This document shows, piece after piece, positions 9,430 to 20,783 of a stretch of DNA of 60,258 bases. Position numbers and translations under genes: made by a program. Location of the stretch: the IMG/VR virus record IMGVR_UViG_3300007514_000008, positions 1 to 60,258 of that record, one strand, 5' to 3'. Below the pieces are notes generated by a model. That model did no database searches, was not told the origin of the DNA, and saw only the letters and a program-made list of their open reading frames with translations. Within the stretch, counting starts at the first letter, position 1, and every line of letters starts with the position of its first letter. This DNA is from a virus. Taxonomy: Duplodnaviria > Caudoviricetes.

Positions 9430-11229
9430 ATGGCAAATTTATCAGCGACAATCGCAGCATTAAATTCAATGTTAGCATCTCAAGAGAGAAGGCTACAAAC
9501 AGACGTTCAAGCTTCACTCGCGGCTATGGACTTAGGTTTAAAAGAAAGGCAGAGAAAAGATTTAAAAGCCTTTAGAGATAGAACTCTTGCTGATAGAGAG
9601 AAACAAACTAGTATCATGGAGAAGAGACAGCGAGATGAACGCAGGACAATGAGGGCTAATGAGTTTCATAAAAATGCTGAAGAGATACAAAATGTTATCA
9701 CTATGGAGAAGATAGAGTTTGCAAATGATATATGGAGTACTATGTTTTCTGCTACTTACGATAAGATTGTTGGTGGTACTACGAAATTAGAGGATAAGCA
9801 TTATACTAATATGTATAAATATCTATCTGGCGACAATGTTGGATTTAAACAGGAGGATGCTAGGAGAATAGGAAGGGCTATTTTGTCATATGGTAGTTGG
9901 ACAGGAGAACAGGGAGGAAAGCCTGCTTCGGTAATGATTGATATAGCTAGGTATATGGGTGGTAGAATGGCAGACGATACTACTAAAGCTGGATTTTCAT
10001 TCGCAGCTTACAATGCAGGGATGGCTCCAGACCCCAGAGACGTAAGTAAATCTGGGTTAATGAATAGTCATAACAATTTGGTTTTTTATGGTAAAGCCAA
10101 AGAATTGGATGCTATGCAAAAAGATTTAGATAAAGAGATTGAAGAGCTATCATTTGTATCATCTAAGCCGACAGAAGCAGAAAGATATGAAGAAGAAAAT
10201 TTAATTAAATATGATTGGGATAGAGCAAAAACCCAAAAAAGATTAGATTACGTAAGAAACGATGAAAAAGAAAAGAATGACCCCGGTAAAGGTTCATCTG
10301 TTATAGCACCTACTTTGAAAAATATTACTACACAATCATATACACCTATGACTCAAGTGGATAAAGCTAAAAAAGAACTCGATAAAATGATTGAGATGAG
10401 AGAAGCTGGTGACTATTCATATAGGACTACACAACCTTTTCTTGATTTAAACCCATATTTTCAAGGCACATACGATGCTTCAGGTCAAATCACGGGAGTA
10501 AATGTTCAAAGGATGACTGGTGCAAAATTTGACCAGCCTGCGGGTGCATGGGATTATGATATGAAGACTGATGAAAGATTGCAGATGACTGAAGACGAGC
10601 AATATGAATTCCAAGAAAATGTGATGACTGATTTAGGAGACCAAGTTAAAGATGCTCGTGACACTATTATGAAGATGAATAAGGATATGGCTTTGGTAAC
10701 TGAGAACGCTGCAAGAGAAGGTGTCACTACCTTACCTCAAAACTTTCATGCGATGGAAATTACTAGGTTCAGAGAAGAAGAAAGACTTGCTTATCTTGAA
10801 CAACAGCAAATGCAGTTATACGAACAAGTGGCTAATAGAACATTAGAAGGAAAAGATGAGTGGTGGTTTGGAAGAAATGAAAGAGAACTGAGAGAAATGC
10901 TTCCGGGAAAATACTTAACTGAAAGTGAAAGAAAAAGTAGGAAGCATCAAATTCAATCAAAAAGATTTAATACAGGTCTTCCTATCCCATACTCAAGAGC
11001 TAAAGGTATTAATCAACATGGAACTGCAGCTGGTGGCAGTCTTTATGATTATTTAGGGACTGAACCTTATAAAGTGCCTGAGAAAACAGAAGACGTTGGT
11101 AAGAACCAATCAAACGTCTATGACCCTAATAGTTTCGGTAATACAATGAAAAGAGGGTTTGAAAATATGGGACAAGGTCTTTTGACAACAATGGACTTAT
11201 TATCATTTAAACCTCCTTATAAGGGCTAA
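9430..11229 (+). CDS. Putative internal virion (ejection) protein
   Basis: 599-aa helical ORF in the ejection cluster; no catalytic motif recognised. Confidence 0.45.
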   Translation: MANLSATIAALNSMLASQERRLQTDVQASLAAMDLGLKERQRKDLKAFRDRTLADREKQTSIMEKRQRDERRTMRANEFHKNAEEIQNVITMEKIEFANDIWSTMFSATYDKIVGGTTKLEDKHYTNMYKYLSGDNVGFKQEDARRIGRAILSYGSWTGEQGGKPASVMIDIARYMGGRMADDTTKAGFSFAAYNAGMAPDPRDVSKSGLMNSHNNLVFYGKAKELDAMQKDLDKEIEELSFVSSKPTEAERYEEENLIKYDWDRAKTQKRLDYVRNDEKEKNDPGKGSSVIAPTLKNITTQSYTPMTQVDKAKKELDKMIEMREAGDYSYRTTQPFLDLNPYFQGTYDASGQITGVNVQRMTGAKFDQPAGAWDYDMKTDERLQMTEDEQYEFQENVMTDLGDQVKDARDTIMKMNKDMALVTENAAREGVTTLPQNFHAMEITRFREEERLAYLEQQQMQLYEQVANRTLEGKDEWWFGRNERELREMLPGKYLTESERKSRKHQIQSKRFNTGLPIPYSRAKGINQHGTAAGGSLYDYLGTEPYKVPEKTEDVGKNQSNVYDPNSFGNTMKRGFENMGQGLLTTMDLLSFKPPYKG

Positions 11230-11231
11230 CT

Positions 11232-14200
11232 ATGGGATTACCATTATTCGGTAGCACTGTTCAGGAAAAACTCAGGTCTACCACACAAAATGTAACTACA
11301 CCTACTGTTTCTTTAGGAGAATTTGATTTTCCTACTGAACATAAATGGTTCGATGAAATGCCTGAGATTCCTAAAACTGAGGCTTTAGCAGGAGTTCCTA
11401 AGCCACCTCAACCTAGAGAATCTGGTACCGCTAATGAATTTTTAGGTAGATTAATGTGGGGTGCTTTAGATAGTGCCACATTCAATGCTTTGAGATGGGC
11501 AACTGATGATAAGAGTAAGAGCCTTGCTGACACTATGATGGGAGAAGAATCTGGTCAGACAAGAGCTGGAATGTGGGGAGAAGGAATAGGTCAAGCCGCA
11601 GGATTCCTTGTTCCTTTTGGTACATTTGCTAAGGGGGGAAAAGTTTTAGTTTCTAGTGTTGGTAAGTATGGTTCAAAGAATGTAGCAAAGAAAATTACTG
11701 ATGAGATAGCTGAGGCTACTGCTAAGAAAGCAAGTGTTCAATTTACTACCAAATCTGGTAGTATTATGAAGGGTCCGAAGTATACTGAAGAACTTGCTCG
11801 TGATAAATTCCTTAAAATAATGGACAAGCAGTATAGTGGTAAGAAAGTAATGAACCATTATGCTGATGGCATGAAAAGTGTAGCTGAAAGAAATGTATTT
11901 AGAGAAAGAGTTACCAAGAATTTTGCTGAAAATCTTCAGGAAGAGATGGCTAAGAGTGGGTTAAGATTAGATGGGGCAACAGCAAAAGCAATAGAATCTA
12001 CATATGCTAAGTTTTTTACTAAGGCTGAAACAATGCCTGTGTCCAGTATAGCAGGGGCAATACAAAGATTTATGGCTAAGAGAGTTCCCGGTCTTGGATG
12101 GGATAGTAAGTTAGCATCTGCAGGTTCACTAATGATGGAAGAGGCTATTTTATTTGCTGGTGTTGAGTCAATGTTTGAAGGTATCAATGCATCTCAGAAC
12201 GATAGAGAAGCCCATTATGGAGAAACTATATCACACGCTGCGAAGATGGGTATGATGTTAGGTGCTGTTAGATTAATACCGGGTGGTAAAAAAGGTTATA
12301 ATAAGTTAGGATTAGCTGGTCCATTATCTGGTGCTGAGTCTGGTTTTGGTGGTTTTAGAAAGTTAATTCTAAATAGAGAACCATATAAGAATAGAATTAA
12401 TCATACTGTTGAGAAGCTAAAGGGTGGAGGCACTAAGCCTACTGAAGATACACAAGCATTATTTGAAGTATTCAATATGATTCAACAGGGAGGACAAACT
12501 TTAAAAGGTTCACCTGTTAAAGATATATTAATGAGGAGTGCTAAAGATAATCCGTGGGTTAAAAAAGGTATATTTGGTGGAAAGAGTGGGAAGAATTCTG
12601 TTAGTATATCAAACTTTGACGCAGGAGATATAGAGAGGATACTTGGACAGTCAGGTTCAGGTTGGAGAACAATAGGAGGAGTAAGGGTCAATCAAAAAGA
12701 AGTTGCTTCTCAAATTATGGCTGATGGCTTAGATGATGTGTTTAGAAATTTCAAAACATCTTGGCAAAAGAATTTTTTCAAGGAATATGCAGAGGACTTC
12801 TTAAGGTCTTCCCCTCGTATGGTTATTGGTGGCATTACTATGGCAGGAGGACCGGGCATTGTAATGGATGAGAACATAGAGTTTGTTGATAAAGTTTATC
12901 ATATTGCTCTCGGTGGTTTTATGATGAAGCATGGTAAGCAGTTAAAATGGTATGGTAAGGATGGTCGAGCAATAGAAGGTTCTCAGTTCTTCGGTAAAGC
13001 ACAGCCGTGGGGATTCCATGAGAAGTTTAAAGAACAGACTGCTATGATGGAGCTTCTTGGCGGTAACCCTAAAGACCATTATATGTGGCAAAGTTTTAAA
13101 GAGCAGATGGAGGGTAAGCCTTTGGTTTCCTATCTTGATTCTGTTATTAGGTCATCTAAAGAAACAAAAGATATACTTAAAGTTAAAGATGAATTTTTAA
13201 GGGAGAGTAAAGGAAAAAATATATACTTCACAGAAGGCACTCCAAAAGAAATAAAAGATAATAGTGAGATAGCTAATAATAAAGAAAATAAAGATTTGTA
13301 TGAAATATTTGTATCTCATGGTGCTAATAATTTTATGCCAGCAGAAAGTCCCAAGAATGGTAATGTCTTTTCTGTTAAGAAATGGGAACATCTTACTAAT
13401 CGTGAGAAGAAAAACTTCATTAAAAAGATGAAAGAAAAGAATGTTAAAAGCTCAGATGATTATTTAGATATTATTATTGATTCTAATATTGATGTAATCC
13501 ACGACATTCAAAACAGTATTCAAGGTGGTCTAGTTTCAGCATTACAACAGAAGTTTAAGAAAGGGACAAGAGGTGAAGAAGATGGTGCTATGTGGATGGC
13601 TTCCGACACTTCCGATGGTAAGATTAGGCTACCTAAAATAGATGCTGAGACTACAGGTTCTAAGAAGTTAAGCGAGTCTGAGCTTCAATCTGTTGTAAAG
13701 TACAATCAAATGGTTGATTTCTTACATGAAGCTGGTCGAGTAGAGATATTTTCTAAAAATGCTCAGGATACTGGAACTAAAGTCAATATGGATAGTCCTC
13801 GTCTTGGTGAATTTTTAAGTAGCATTGAGAGTGTTCATAAAACAGTTCAAGAAAAGCTTGGTCTAGGTGGGAGCGAGACTCATGAAATAGCCTTAAATGA
13901 CCCTGTATTTGTTACTGCTAATAGATTTTTTAATACACATAACAATATTAAGACCGCAGAGTCTTGGATTGGTAAGGTTATGTATGATAAGAATGTTGGC
14001 AATCGTGATATAACATTTGAAGGAGATACAAAACAAGAGGCTAAGTCTTTATTGAGAAAGATATTCTATGCAAGTGGAGATGGAAGAACAGGTAGGGTTA
14101 GTGAGCTTGATGTAGTACATGATTTAATCAAGGTAGATAAGAAAACTAAACAGAAAGATGGTGATGTACAACTATCTAGAGAACAAGAGTTTGTAGATTC

Positions 14201-17200
14201 ATTACATGAGATAATTAAGTTTCATGGAACATCTAGATTAAAATCTACTGGCAGTAAGGCTAAAGAATTTCATTATCCTGAGATGAAAAAAGATGTCAGG
14301 AGACTTCAAGAGCTTATGCAGCAAGATGGCATTACTCTATTTTCACATTGGAATCAAGGTATAAGAAATGAATTTGTTGACAATCTTAAGAAAGCTACTC
14401 TAAAGCAAAAACTTCAAGGTCAGATAAGAAATTCAGATGGGACTGTTCGTGATGTTGAGGCTTCAGATATTGATAATATTGTTAAACTTATGGATTCAGG
14501 TCTTGTTAATGAAAATTTAACCTTGCTTAATGTAAAAGGTATTTGGGGAGACGTAAGTGGTCAACATACTGAGTCTCTTATCAATTCTTGGAGAGCAGGT
14601 AAGAGAGGTAAACCAATTCAGGGTGTAGATAATAATGTACAATTAGAGTTCAATAAATTCCTAGATGACATCCTTCTTGCAGAGAAGGCTGATAGGAGAG
14701 GTAGGACAGATAAGCAGATTAAAGACGAAATACAGGGGATAGCTTGGGATACTTTTAAGCAGTACCAAGAAGCTGTTGAGCCTTACGTTATTAAAAATAT
14801 TAAAGATAAAAACGGAGACATTAGAAGAAGTGGGATACTCCATCTTAATAAAACCCAAGAGGTTTTTATGGATAGGGCTACCCTTATATCTATTAATGCT
14901 CAAATGCACTGGGCTAACCACAATAAGAAGGCTGGTTCGGTTGAAAATTTTATTAATGACCTAAGAGATGCTTCAAAGAGTGAGAATATAGAGATGAGGA
15001 ATTTCGCTACTAGGTTGCTTAGAAATTTTGCTAGAAGTGATGCTGATTACACAAGAGCATTGGAATTAGCCAATAGATATAAACTTTATGATAGTGGTAA
15101 GAGGAAGTTTAATGAAGCTAAGGCAAAAATAGATGGTACTTTTGTTGAGCCTAGTGAGAGAATGAAGTTGTTTTTAACTCAAGTTGCTCGACCTACCTAT
15201 GGAAGTAAAAAGCAAGTAGAAGCTAATTATGATAAATGGAAAGATATAGAGACTTTAGAGAATGGTAATGAGGGTTTTCACCAAGAGAATATGTCTACAA
15301 TATCTCAAAAATATAACTTCTTTGGTCATTCTTTTAAGGATGGTTCTGAAATTATCTCCTATGGTGAACAGTCTGTTGTAGACCAATTACATCAAATACA
15401 TGACGGTTATGTTAAATCAAATGGGACTATTGACACAGATGGATTTATTCGTGATTTAAGAAAAGCTGCGGAGAAAAATGGTCCAAAGGATAGAGATGGT
15501 GACAAATTTAGTGACAAAGAGCTATCTAATTTAGATTCTGATTTAAATAAATTAAGAATGGATATAGTTAACTCTGAGACTATTCCCTTAGTTACAATTA
15601 ATACAGATAGAACTAATAGAGAAGGCTCTCACTATCATGATTTAAAGAATAAGGTTAAGACGACTCCTGTTACTCTAGGCATAAGGAAAATATTGGAGGG
15701 GGTTGAGATGCCTTCTAACCATATGCTTGGCGACTTTGTTATGATTGAAAGAGACATCATGACTGATGGTAATAAATATAAACCAATATCTGGTGATGGT
15801 GTAAGGGCAGATATAAACAAGCAGTTGTATGACGCAGAGAGAACATCCACAACTAAGGATATGAAGATAGTAGATGAGTCTGGTGTAGAAAGACCAATGA
15901 CTCAAGAGCAACCTAATAGAAAGGTGTTATATAGTTTCGGTTCTTCTAAGCAGTCATTTGGCATTGTTGCTGAAAGAGGTAGTTTAAATGCTATGGCAGG
16001 AAACTATCTTAGTTTTCTAAGGGGGTTAAAAAGATTTAAAGGTAAAGAAGGGGAAGCAGAACTTCAAGCATATCTAAATGAAACTTTTGGTGTACACTCT
16101 AATGGAATTAATTCAAGAATTAAAATTGTAGAGAAAGATGGTGAAGTAAGAATAGAAAGCACAAAAGAAGATGGTCATATCAATGCAGAGTCAGCTCAGC
16201 AGGCAGTAAAGAATATGATAGATGATAGAATCTTCATAGATGTGGTAGGTGCTGATTTCTATTTTAACAATATAAAGACTTTAGATGCTAAGAGTCAATC
16301 TACCTTAAATGGGAGATTGAGTTTATTTAACAATATGAATTCCAATACCTTAAGTAAGGAAATATTAACAGACATATCTAAGTATCAATTAGATTTTGCT
16401 AAAAAGGGAGATACTCAGGCATTATCAAACGCAAAAGCTCTGAAAGACCTTGCTGATGGTAAGTTCGAGATGAAAGTTTTTAGAGATGAATTCGCTCCAG
16501 AGCAAATGAAAAAAGAAGTTCACCATATGCTGAATGAACAGATAAAGCATTATGAGAATGAATTAGCTGACCCAAATTTACCAAAAGATTTAAGAGAAGG
16601 TATAATAGCAGATAGGGATGTTGCGAAGGAATTATTAGCCGATAAGAGTGGTATGGATGGGTTTACACTTGTCAATCCTAGACTATTTGATGCACTGGCG
16701 TCTATTATGGGTGCTGGGGCTGGTGACCACATCGGGGCAATTAAACCTATTATGCTAAGACACGGAGACCAGTTCTTTGTTAATAAAACAGCGTTCCAAA
16801 AAGATGCTACCTACTCAGATTTCTTTAAAGCAAATGAAAATCTTGGTATGGTTACATTTACATCAGCGTCTAAGTCTTTGCTTCCTAAGAATCAAGCCGG
16901 GGAAAGTGTATATCATCCGTGGTTTCAAGATAAGATTATAGAAGTCAATCAAAGCAAGTCATTGATGGATTATATAGCTGACCCTGCTCATGCAGGTAAA
17001 GCTATAAAGATTAGACCAGAAGATATTCAGTTAATGCAAGTAAAGGGCTTTAAAGATAAAGCAAAGATGGCAGTAAATCATGCTTTAGGAATGGAAGGTG
17101 AAGCTAGGAAGGACTTTATAAAGAAGCATTTAATGGGCAAGTGGGAAACAAATGGTGAGGCTATTCTTAAGTTAGTTAATCATGAAGTCGATGCTATTGC

Positions 17201-20200
17201 CTTTAATCAATTAAGAAATAGAGATATGTATGATAGTCTTATTGACACAGAGACTGCAGTCGGTGTATCTCAAAGGTTTGCTAACGAAGGTCTCAATCCG
17301 TGGGCGATGCCAAATATAAGGTCTTGGCAAAATATTTTAAAGTCTCATTTTATAGACCCTATTGCTAATATAGAAACTAATGGTACTATTGCTACCTTAT
17401 CTCCAGATATGCAAGGTAGACTTCGTGGTACTATTATGGTGAAGGGTAATAACCGCTCAGAAATCTATAGAATGGGAGAGAGTTCTCTACCTCATGAGAG
17501 TAGGAATCAAAAGTTTAATCCATCAGAGACAATGATTATTGATGCCATTGGAACTGCTAAAGGTTCTGATAAAGGTCAAATGATTACTGCTAAGGAGTAT
17601 ATGGATAAGCATAACCTTAAGGCAGAGACTCTTGGTGAGTTATATGATGCTATTTCTGGTCCATCTACAACTGCTCCAAAGAAAGGTGGTCGTGTAGAGT
17701 TTACAACTGAGCTAGGTAGTACATATGTAGTAGACGGGACAACAACTAGAAGGACAAAAGTTCCCAAAACTGGTAAAGGACCGGGATTAAAAGAGAGGTC
17801 AACTGTTACTATGTATATGTCTGAAATGTCTGCCAAACAAGCATTTGGTCAACCATTTGGTGCTATGCAAGTATCTGGAGCAAAGAAAATTGAATTTGGT
17901 GAACTAGGTGTTACAATAAATGGTAAAACTTTTAGTGCGCAGAATAAACCTAAAAAGGGTTTACTCCCTGTTGAATTTATGCAGGGAGACACAGGGACAT
18001 CATATCATGTAGGTCATAAGATTATTAAGATAGGCACAGAACAAGTTGTTGTTCCAGCAAAACATAATAAGAGTATTCTAGTAGCTTGGGAAAGAAATCC
18101 TCATACCAAGCCAGATTCAGTTGTATTACTTAGACTTAAAGATTTTAAAGCCGCAGAAGATGGTGCTAATGGTCAAGTGTCATTTTCAGACGGAAGAAGA
18201 GGACTAGAATTTGACCATGATTTAGACACGGGTAATGCTAGATGGGATTTAGGTAGGAATGTAGCAGAGCATTATTTTAATCAAAGAGGGAGAGTTGCTG
18301 ATTCTCAAGCTAGAAAAGGTGTTACATCTGTAAATGAAAAGATGGATATATTTAAAGCAGAAGAACATCAGAATAGATTATCTCAAGAGCATCGAGGTGA
18401 CTTAATGAAGGGTATCGTTATGAAAACCCAGAGGGTCATCGACCATGTTAAGGATATGGTCAATAGAATTCCAAATGAAGATAAATTAATTCATTTAGGT
18501 GGAAACAGATATGCCAAGTTCAGAACAGATAGAGTTGCCATTGATGAGAAATTGCAACAGTTAGCAAACGATATACAGGGAGTCCTTGATTCAAAGAAAG
18601 GATATGACTCTGATTATTATGCTGATATGTATTCTACCGATATAGGAAATAAGTTTTTATTTGGACCAGACGGTTTATTTCAACCTTATGTGAAGAATAA
18701 AGTGGATGGTGGAATCGTAGTTGAACAATCTGGTCGTTTTACAGAAGTTGATTTAACTGCTTTAAGGGCAGGTATTATAGACCCAATAAATAGATTGGCA
18801 AGAATAACAAGTGCTGATTATTCTCAAACAGGAAAAAGAGAGCAGGTTAGCTTTGATGCTATGATGACTGCTATAGAATACTATAATGGTAACATGAGAT
18901 GGCAACATAAGGTCATACAGAAAGCATTAGAGAAGGCAGGTCTTGGTGGAACAAAGGAATGGTCTGGAGATGGTAAGGATTACGCGGCTAGATTTATGGA
19001 GAATGGCGAAAAAGCTAGTATGTTATTAAATCTGCGTGAAGGAGACTTGGGTTCTCATAGCGTTTTTGAGAGACAGATGTCTCTAATGTATGATTTAGGT
19101 AGGAAGGCAAGGATACGCCCACCTGCTAATAGAAATGAGCCAGAGTCTACCTTTATGAATGGTATTGAGAGCATGACACATAATAAGGATGTGTCTGGAT
19201 TTATGACTGAATACGGAAAATCTATTAAAGATACAGCTAGTAAACTTGGTGCTATAGATATGATAGAAAGAAAAATTAAAAGCACTCAGGAATTAGTCAG
19301 GGAATCATCTCTTCATAGTGATTTTAATGGTATGGACTATTTTAGGAACAGACTTGAAAGATTGAAGAGTGTCAAAAAAGGCATACAGGACAAATTAAAA
19401 TACAAGATTGATTCAGATGGTAATTCTATTAGAAAAGATAATGATGGACAATGGAAGACGCAGGGTAGTAGGGCTACTAATTTAGAAAAGGCTATGTGGA
19501 AAGCAGTTATTAGAGAAAAGAGGAGGGGATTATTAAATAGAGCTTTAAAAAAAGCAGATGGCAATAGGGAAAAGGAACTGGAAATCTTTGAGAAATTTGA
19601 AAAAGATAATAAAGATGATGCTCTTGTTATGAAAGAGCTTGAAAAGAATGGGATTGAATTTACTACTATGGGTACTAGAGAAATGATTTCAGCAGTTGCT
19701 ATGCAAAAGGCTTTTGGAACTTTATCTAATGTAGAAATGTTTATGGATGCTGGTTCAAATGTAAGGCAATTACATCATATGACTAGCTTTGTTAATCGTC
19801 AAGCCCGTGAAATGAGAGAATATATTGATTCACGATGGAATGATTTTAATAATAGTGACAAGCCTAATGAATTAGCTACTCAAGTTGCTAAGGACATACA
19901 AGCTTCTATGGAACAGAAATTCCTTACTATTTTTAATGAAAACCCAGATATGGCTAAATTATTTATCTTTAAGGTCATGACTCCTGAAATAAATTATGGT
20001 AAGTTAGTTAAAGCAGGTAATCGTATGATGTTTGCACCTAAAAATGCGAATCACCATAGGTTTGCTACCGCTGGATTTAAGTTCTTTAATGAAACCCAAC
20101 AAATACCTGAAGCTATGAAACAAGTTATATTTAAGGATATGACTGAAGTTATGAATAGTGCTTATAGGGAAATTATCCATCCAACCGAGACTAAATGGGA

Positions 20201-20777
20201 TTACGCTAATGGTGTAACTGATATTTTGGAGGTTTCATTTAATGGTAATGGAGAGCTTACTCATACATTAAGGAAAGGTCAGACTGCTGATGCTAAAATG
20301 GGTTCTATAGGTAAAGAATTGATTGAAGAAACTAATATATTCTATCAGTATGATAACCCACTTATGTATAATAGCACAGGTCTTGTTAGTGATGTTGTAA
20401 GAGAAGTTAATCCTAATCTTGGTAGTAGTAAGTGGGGAGCAGAGTATAGCCAATTAACTCAATATGAGATGATGAGAAAAGTATTTGGCACAGGGGGTAT
20501 ACGAGAAGCAATAAGTAAAAGAAGTATTCCATTCTTTCCAAGTGGAGCAATAGATAAAATGACAAAACATGGTCATGCTTATGGTATTGGTGGTATGGCA
20601 GACTATAGAAGGGCAATAGAGAGGGAGGCTACTGGGCTTTTAGGGGACTTACACGGAAAAGAAGGACTGTTAGGAGAGGGTAGTAATATGGATTTTAATA
20701 CAAATGTCATGCTTGGTAGACACAAGAAAGCAAGAGATGTTGTAAAAGAACAAATAGACAAACTATGTAATAAGTAG
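11232..20777 (+). CDS. Giant virion protein containing a single-chain two-barrel (DPBB) RNA polymerase
   Basis: Ordered motifs MDGF (16653), NKTAF (16782), SASK (16863), ERNPH (18090), catalytic-like DHDLD (18213-18227) and VLDSKKG (~18582) parallel those of QDE-1/RDR-type and crAss-like phage polymerases. Confidence 0.8.
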   Translation: MGLPLFGSTVQEKLRSTTQNVTTPTVSLGEFDFPTEHKWFDEMPEIPKTEALAGVPKPPQPRESGTANEFLGRLMWGALDSATFNALRWATDDKSKSLADTMMGEESGQTRAGMWGEGIGQAAGFLVPFGTFAKGGKVLVSSVGKYGSKNVAKKITDEIAEATAKKASVQFTTKSGSIMKGPKYTEELARDKFLKIMDKQYSGKKVMNHYADGMKSVAERNVFRERVTKNFAENLQEEMAKSGLRLDGATAKAIESTYAKFFTKAETMPVSSIAGAIQRFMAKRVPGLGWDSKLASAGSLMMEEAILFAGVESMFEGINASQNDREAHYGETISHAAKMGMMLGAVRLIPGGKKGYNKLGLAGPLSGAESGFGGFRKLILNREPYKNRINHTVEKLKGGGTKPTEDTQALFEVFNMIQQGGQTLKGSPVKDILMRSAKDNPWVKKGIFGGKSGKNSVSISNFDAGDIERILGQSGSGWRTIGGVRVNQKEVASQIMADGLDDVFRNFKTSWQKNFFKEYAEDFLRSSPRMVIGGITMAGGPGIVMDENIEFVDKVYHIALGGFMMKHGKQLKWYGKDGRAIEGSQFFGKAQPWGFHEKFKEQTAMMELLGGNPKDHYMWQSFKEQMEGKPLVSYLDSVIRSSKETKDILKVKDEFLRESKGKNIYFTEGTPKEIKDNSEIANNKENKDLYEIFVSHGANNFMPAESPKNGNVFSVKKWEHLTNREKKNFIKKMKEKNVKSSDDYLDIIIDSNIDVIHDIQNSIQGGLVSALQQKFKKGTRGEEDGAMWMASDTSDGKIRLPKIDAETTGSKKLSESELQSVVKYNQMVDFLHEAGRVEIFSKNAQDTGTKVNMDSPRLGEFLSSIESVHKTVQEKLGLGGSETHEIALNDPVFVTANRFFNTHNNIKTAESWIGKVMYDKNVGNRDITFEGDTKQEAKSLLRKIFYASGDGRTGRVSELDVVHDLIKVDKKTKQKDGDVQLSREQEFVDSLHEIIKFHGTSRLKSTGSKAKEFHYPEMKKDVRRLQELMQQDGITLFSHWNQGIRNEFVDNLKKATLKQKLQGQIRNSDGTVRDVEASDIDNIVKLMDSGLVNENLTLLNVKGIWGDVSGQHTESLINSWRAGKRGKPIQGVDNNVQLEFNKFLDDILLAEKADRRGRTDKQIKDEIQGIAWDTFKQYQEAVEPYVIKNIKDKNGDIRRSGILHLNKTQEVFMDRATLISINAQMHWANHNKKAGSVENFINDLRDASKSENIEMRNFATRLLRNFARSDADYTRALELANRYKLYDSGKRKFNEAKAKIDGTFVEPSERMKLFLTQVARPTYGSKKQVEANYDKWKDIETLENGNEGFHQENMSTISQKYNFFGHSFKDGSEIISYGEQSVVDQLHQIHDGYVKSNGTIDTDGFIRDLRKAAEKNGPKDRDGDKFSDKELSNLDSDLNKLRMDIVNSETIPLVTINTDRTNREGSHYHDLKNKVKTTPVTLGIRKILEGVEMPSNHMLGDFVMIERDIMTDGNKYKPISGDGVRADINKQLYDAERTSTTKDMKIVDESGVERPMTQEQPNRKVLYSFGSSKQSFGIVAERGSLNAMAGNYLSFLRGLKRFKGKEGEAELQAYLNETFGVHSNGINSRIKIVEKDGEVRIESTKEDGHINAESAQQAVKNMIDDRIFIDVVGADFYFNNIKTLDAKSQSTLNGRLSLFNNMNSNTLSKEILTDISKYQLDFAKKGDTQALSNAKALKDLADGKFEMKVFRDEFAPEQMKKEVHHMLNEQIKHYENELADPNLPKDLREGIIADRDVAKELLADKSGMDGFTLVNPRLFDALASIMGAGAGDHIGAIKPIMLRHGDQFFVNKTAFQKDATYSDFFKANENLGMVTFTSASKSLLPKNQAGESVYHPWFQDKIIEVNQSKSLMDYIADPAHAGKAIKIRPEDIQLMQVKGFKDKAKMAVNHALGMEGEARKDFIKKHLMGKWETNGEAILKLVNHEVDAIAFNQLRNRDMYDSLIDTETAVGVSQRFANEGLNPWAMPNIRSWQNILKSHFIDPIANIETNGTIATLSPDMQGRLRGTIMVKGNNRSEIYRMGESSLPHESRNQKFNPSETMIIDAIGTAKGSDKGQMITAKEYMDKHNLKAETLGELYDAISGPSTTAPKKGGRVEFTTELGSTYVVDGTTTRRTKVPKTGKGPGLKERSTVTMYMSEMSAKQAFGQPFGAMQVSGAKKIEFGELGVTINGKTFSAQNKPKKGLLPVEFMQGDTGTSYHVGHKIIKIGTEQVVVPAKHNKSILVAWERNPHTKPDSVVLLRLKDFKAAEDGANGQVSFSDGRRGLEFDHDLDTGNARWDLGRNVAEHYFNQRGRVADSQARKGVTSVNEKMDIFKAEEHQNRLSQEHRGDLMKGIVMKTQRVIDHVKDMVNRIPNEDKLIHLGGNRYAKFRTDRVAIDEKLQQLANDIQGVLDSKKGYDSDYYADMYSTDIGNKFLFGPDGLFQPYVKNKVDGGIVVEQSGRFTEVDLTALRAGIIDPINRLARITSADYSQTGKREQVSFDAMMTAIEYYNGNMRWQHKVIQKALEKAGLGGTKEWSGDGKDYAARFMENGEKASMLLNLREGDLGSHSVFERQMSLMYDLGRKARIRPPANRNEPESTFMNGIESMTHNKDVSGFMTEYGKSIKDTASKLGAIDMIERKIKSTQELVRESSLHSDFNGMDYFRNRLERLKSVKKGIQDKLKYKIDSDGNSIRKDNDGQWKTQGSRATNLEKAMWKAVIREKRRGLLNRALKKADGNREKELEIFEKFEKDNKDDALVMKELEKNGIEFTTMGTREMISAVAMQKAFGTLSNVEMFMDAGSNVRQLHHMTSFVNRQAREMREYIDSRWNDFNNSDKPNELATQVAKDIQASMEQKFLTIFNENPDMAKLFIFKVMTPEINYGKLVKAGNRMMFAPKNANHHRFATAGFKFFNETQQIPEAMKQVIFKDMTEVMNSAYREIIHPTETKWDYANGVTDILEVSFNGNGELTHTLRKGQTADAKMGSIGKELIEETNIFYQYDNPLMYNSTGLVSDVVREVNPNLGSSKWGAEYSQLTQYEMMRKVFGTGGIREAISKRSIPFFPSGAIDKMTKHGHAYGIGGMADYRRAIEREATGLLGDLHGKEGLLGEGSNMDFNTNVMLGRHKKARDVVKEQIDKLCNK

Positions 20778-20783
20778 GTATTT

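Noticed and set aside
17680-18035. Intein in the polymerase (DnaB and TerL also checked)
   Set aside because: No C/S start with HN-C/S/T end and no LAGLIDADG motifs; DnaB and TerL have normal lengths.
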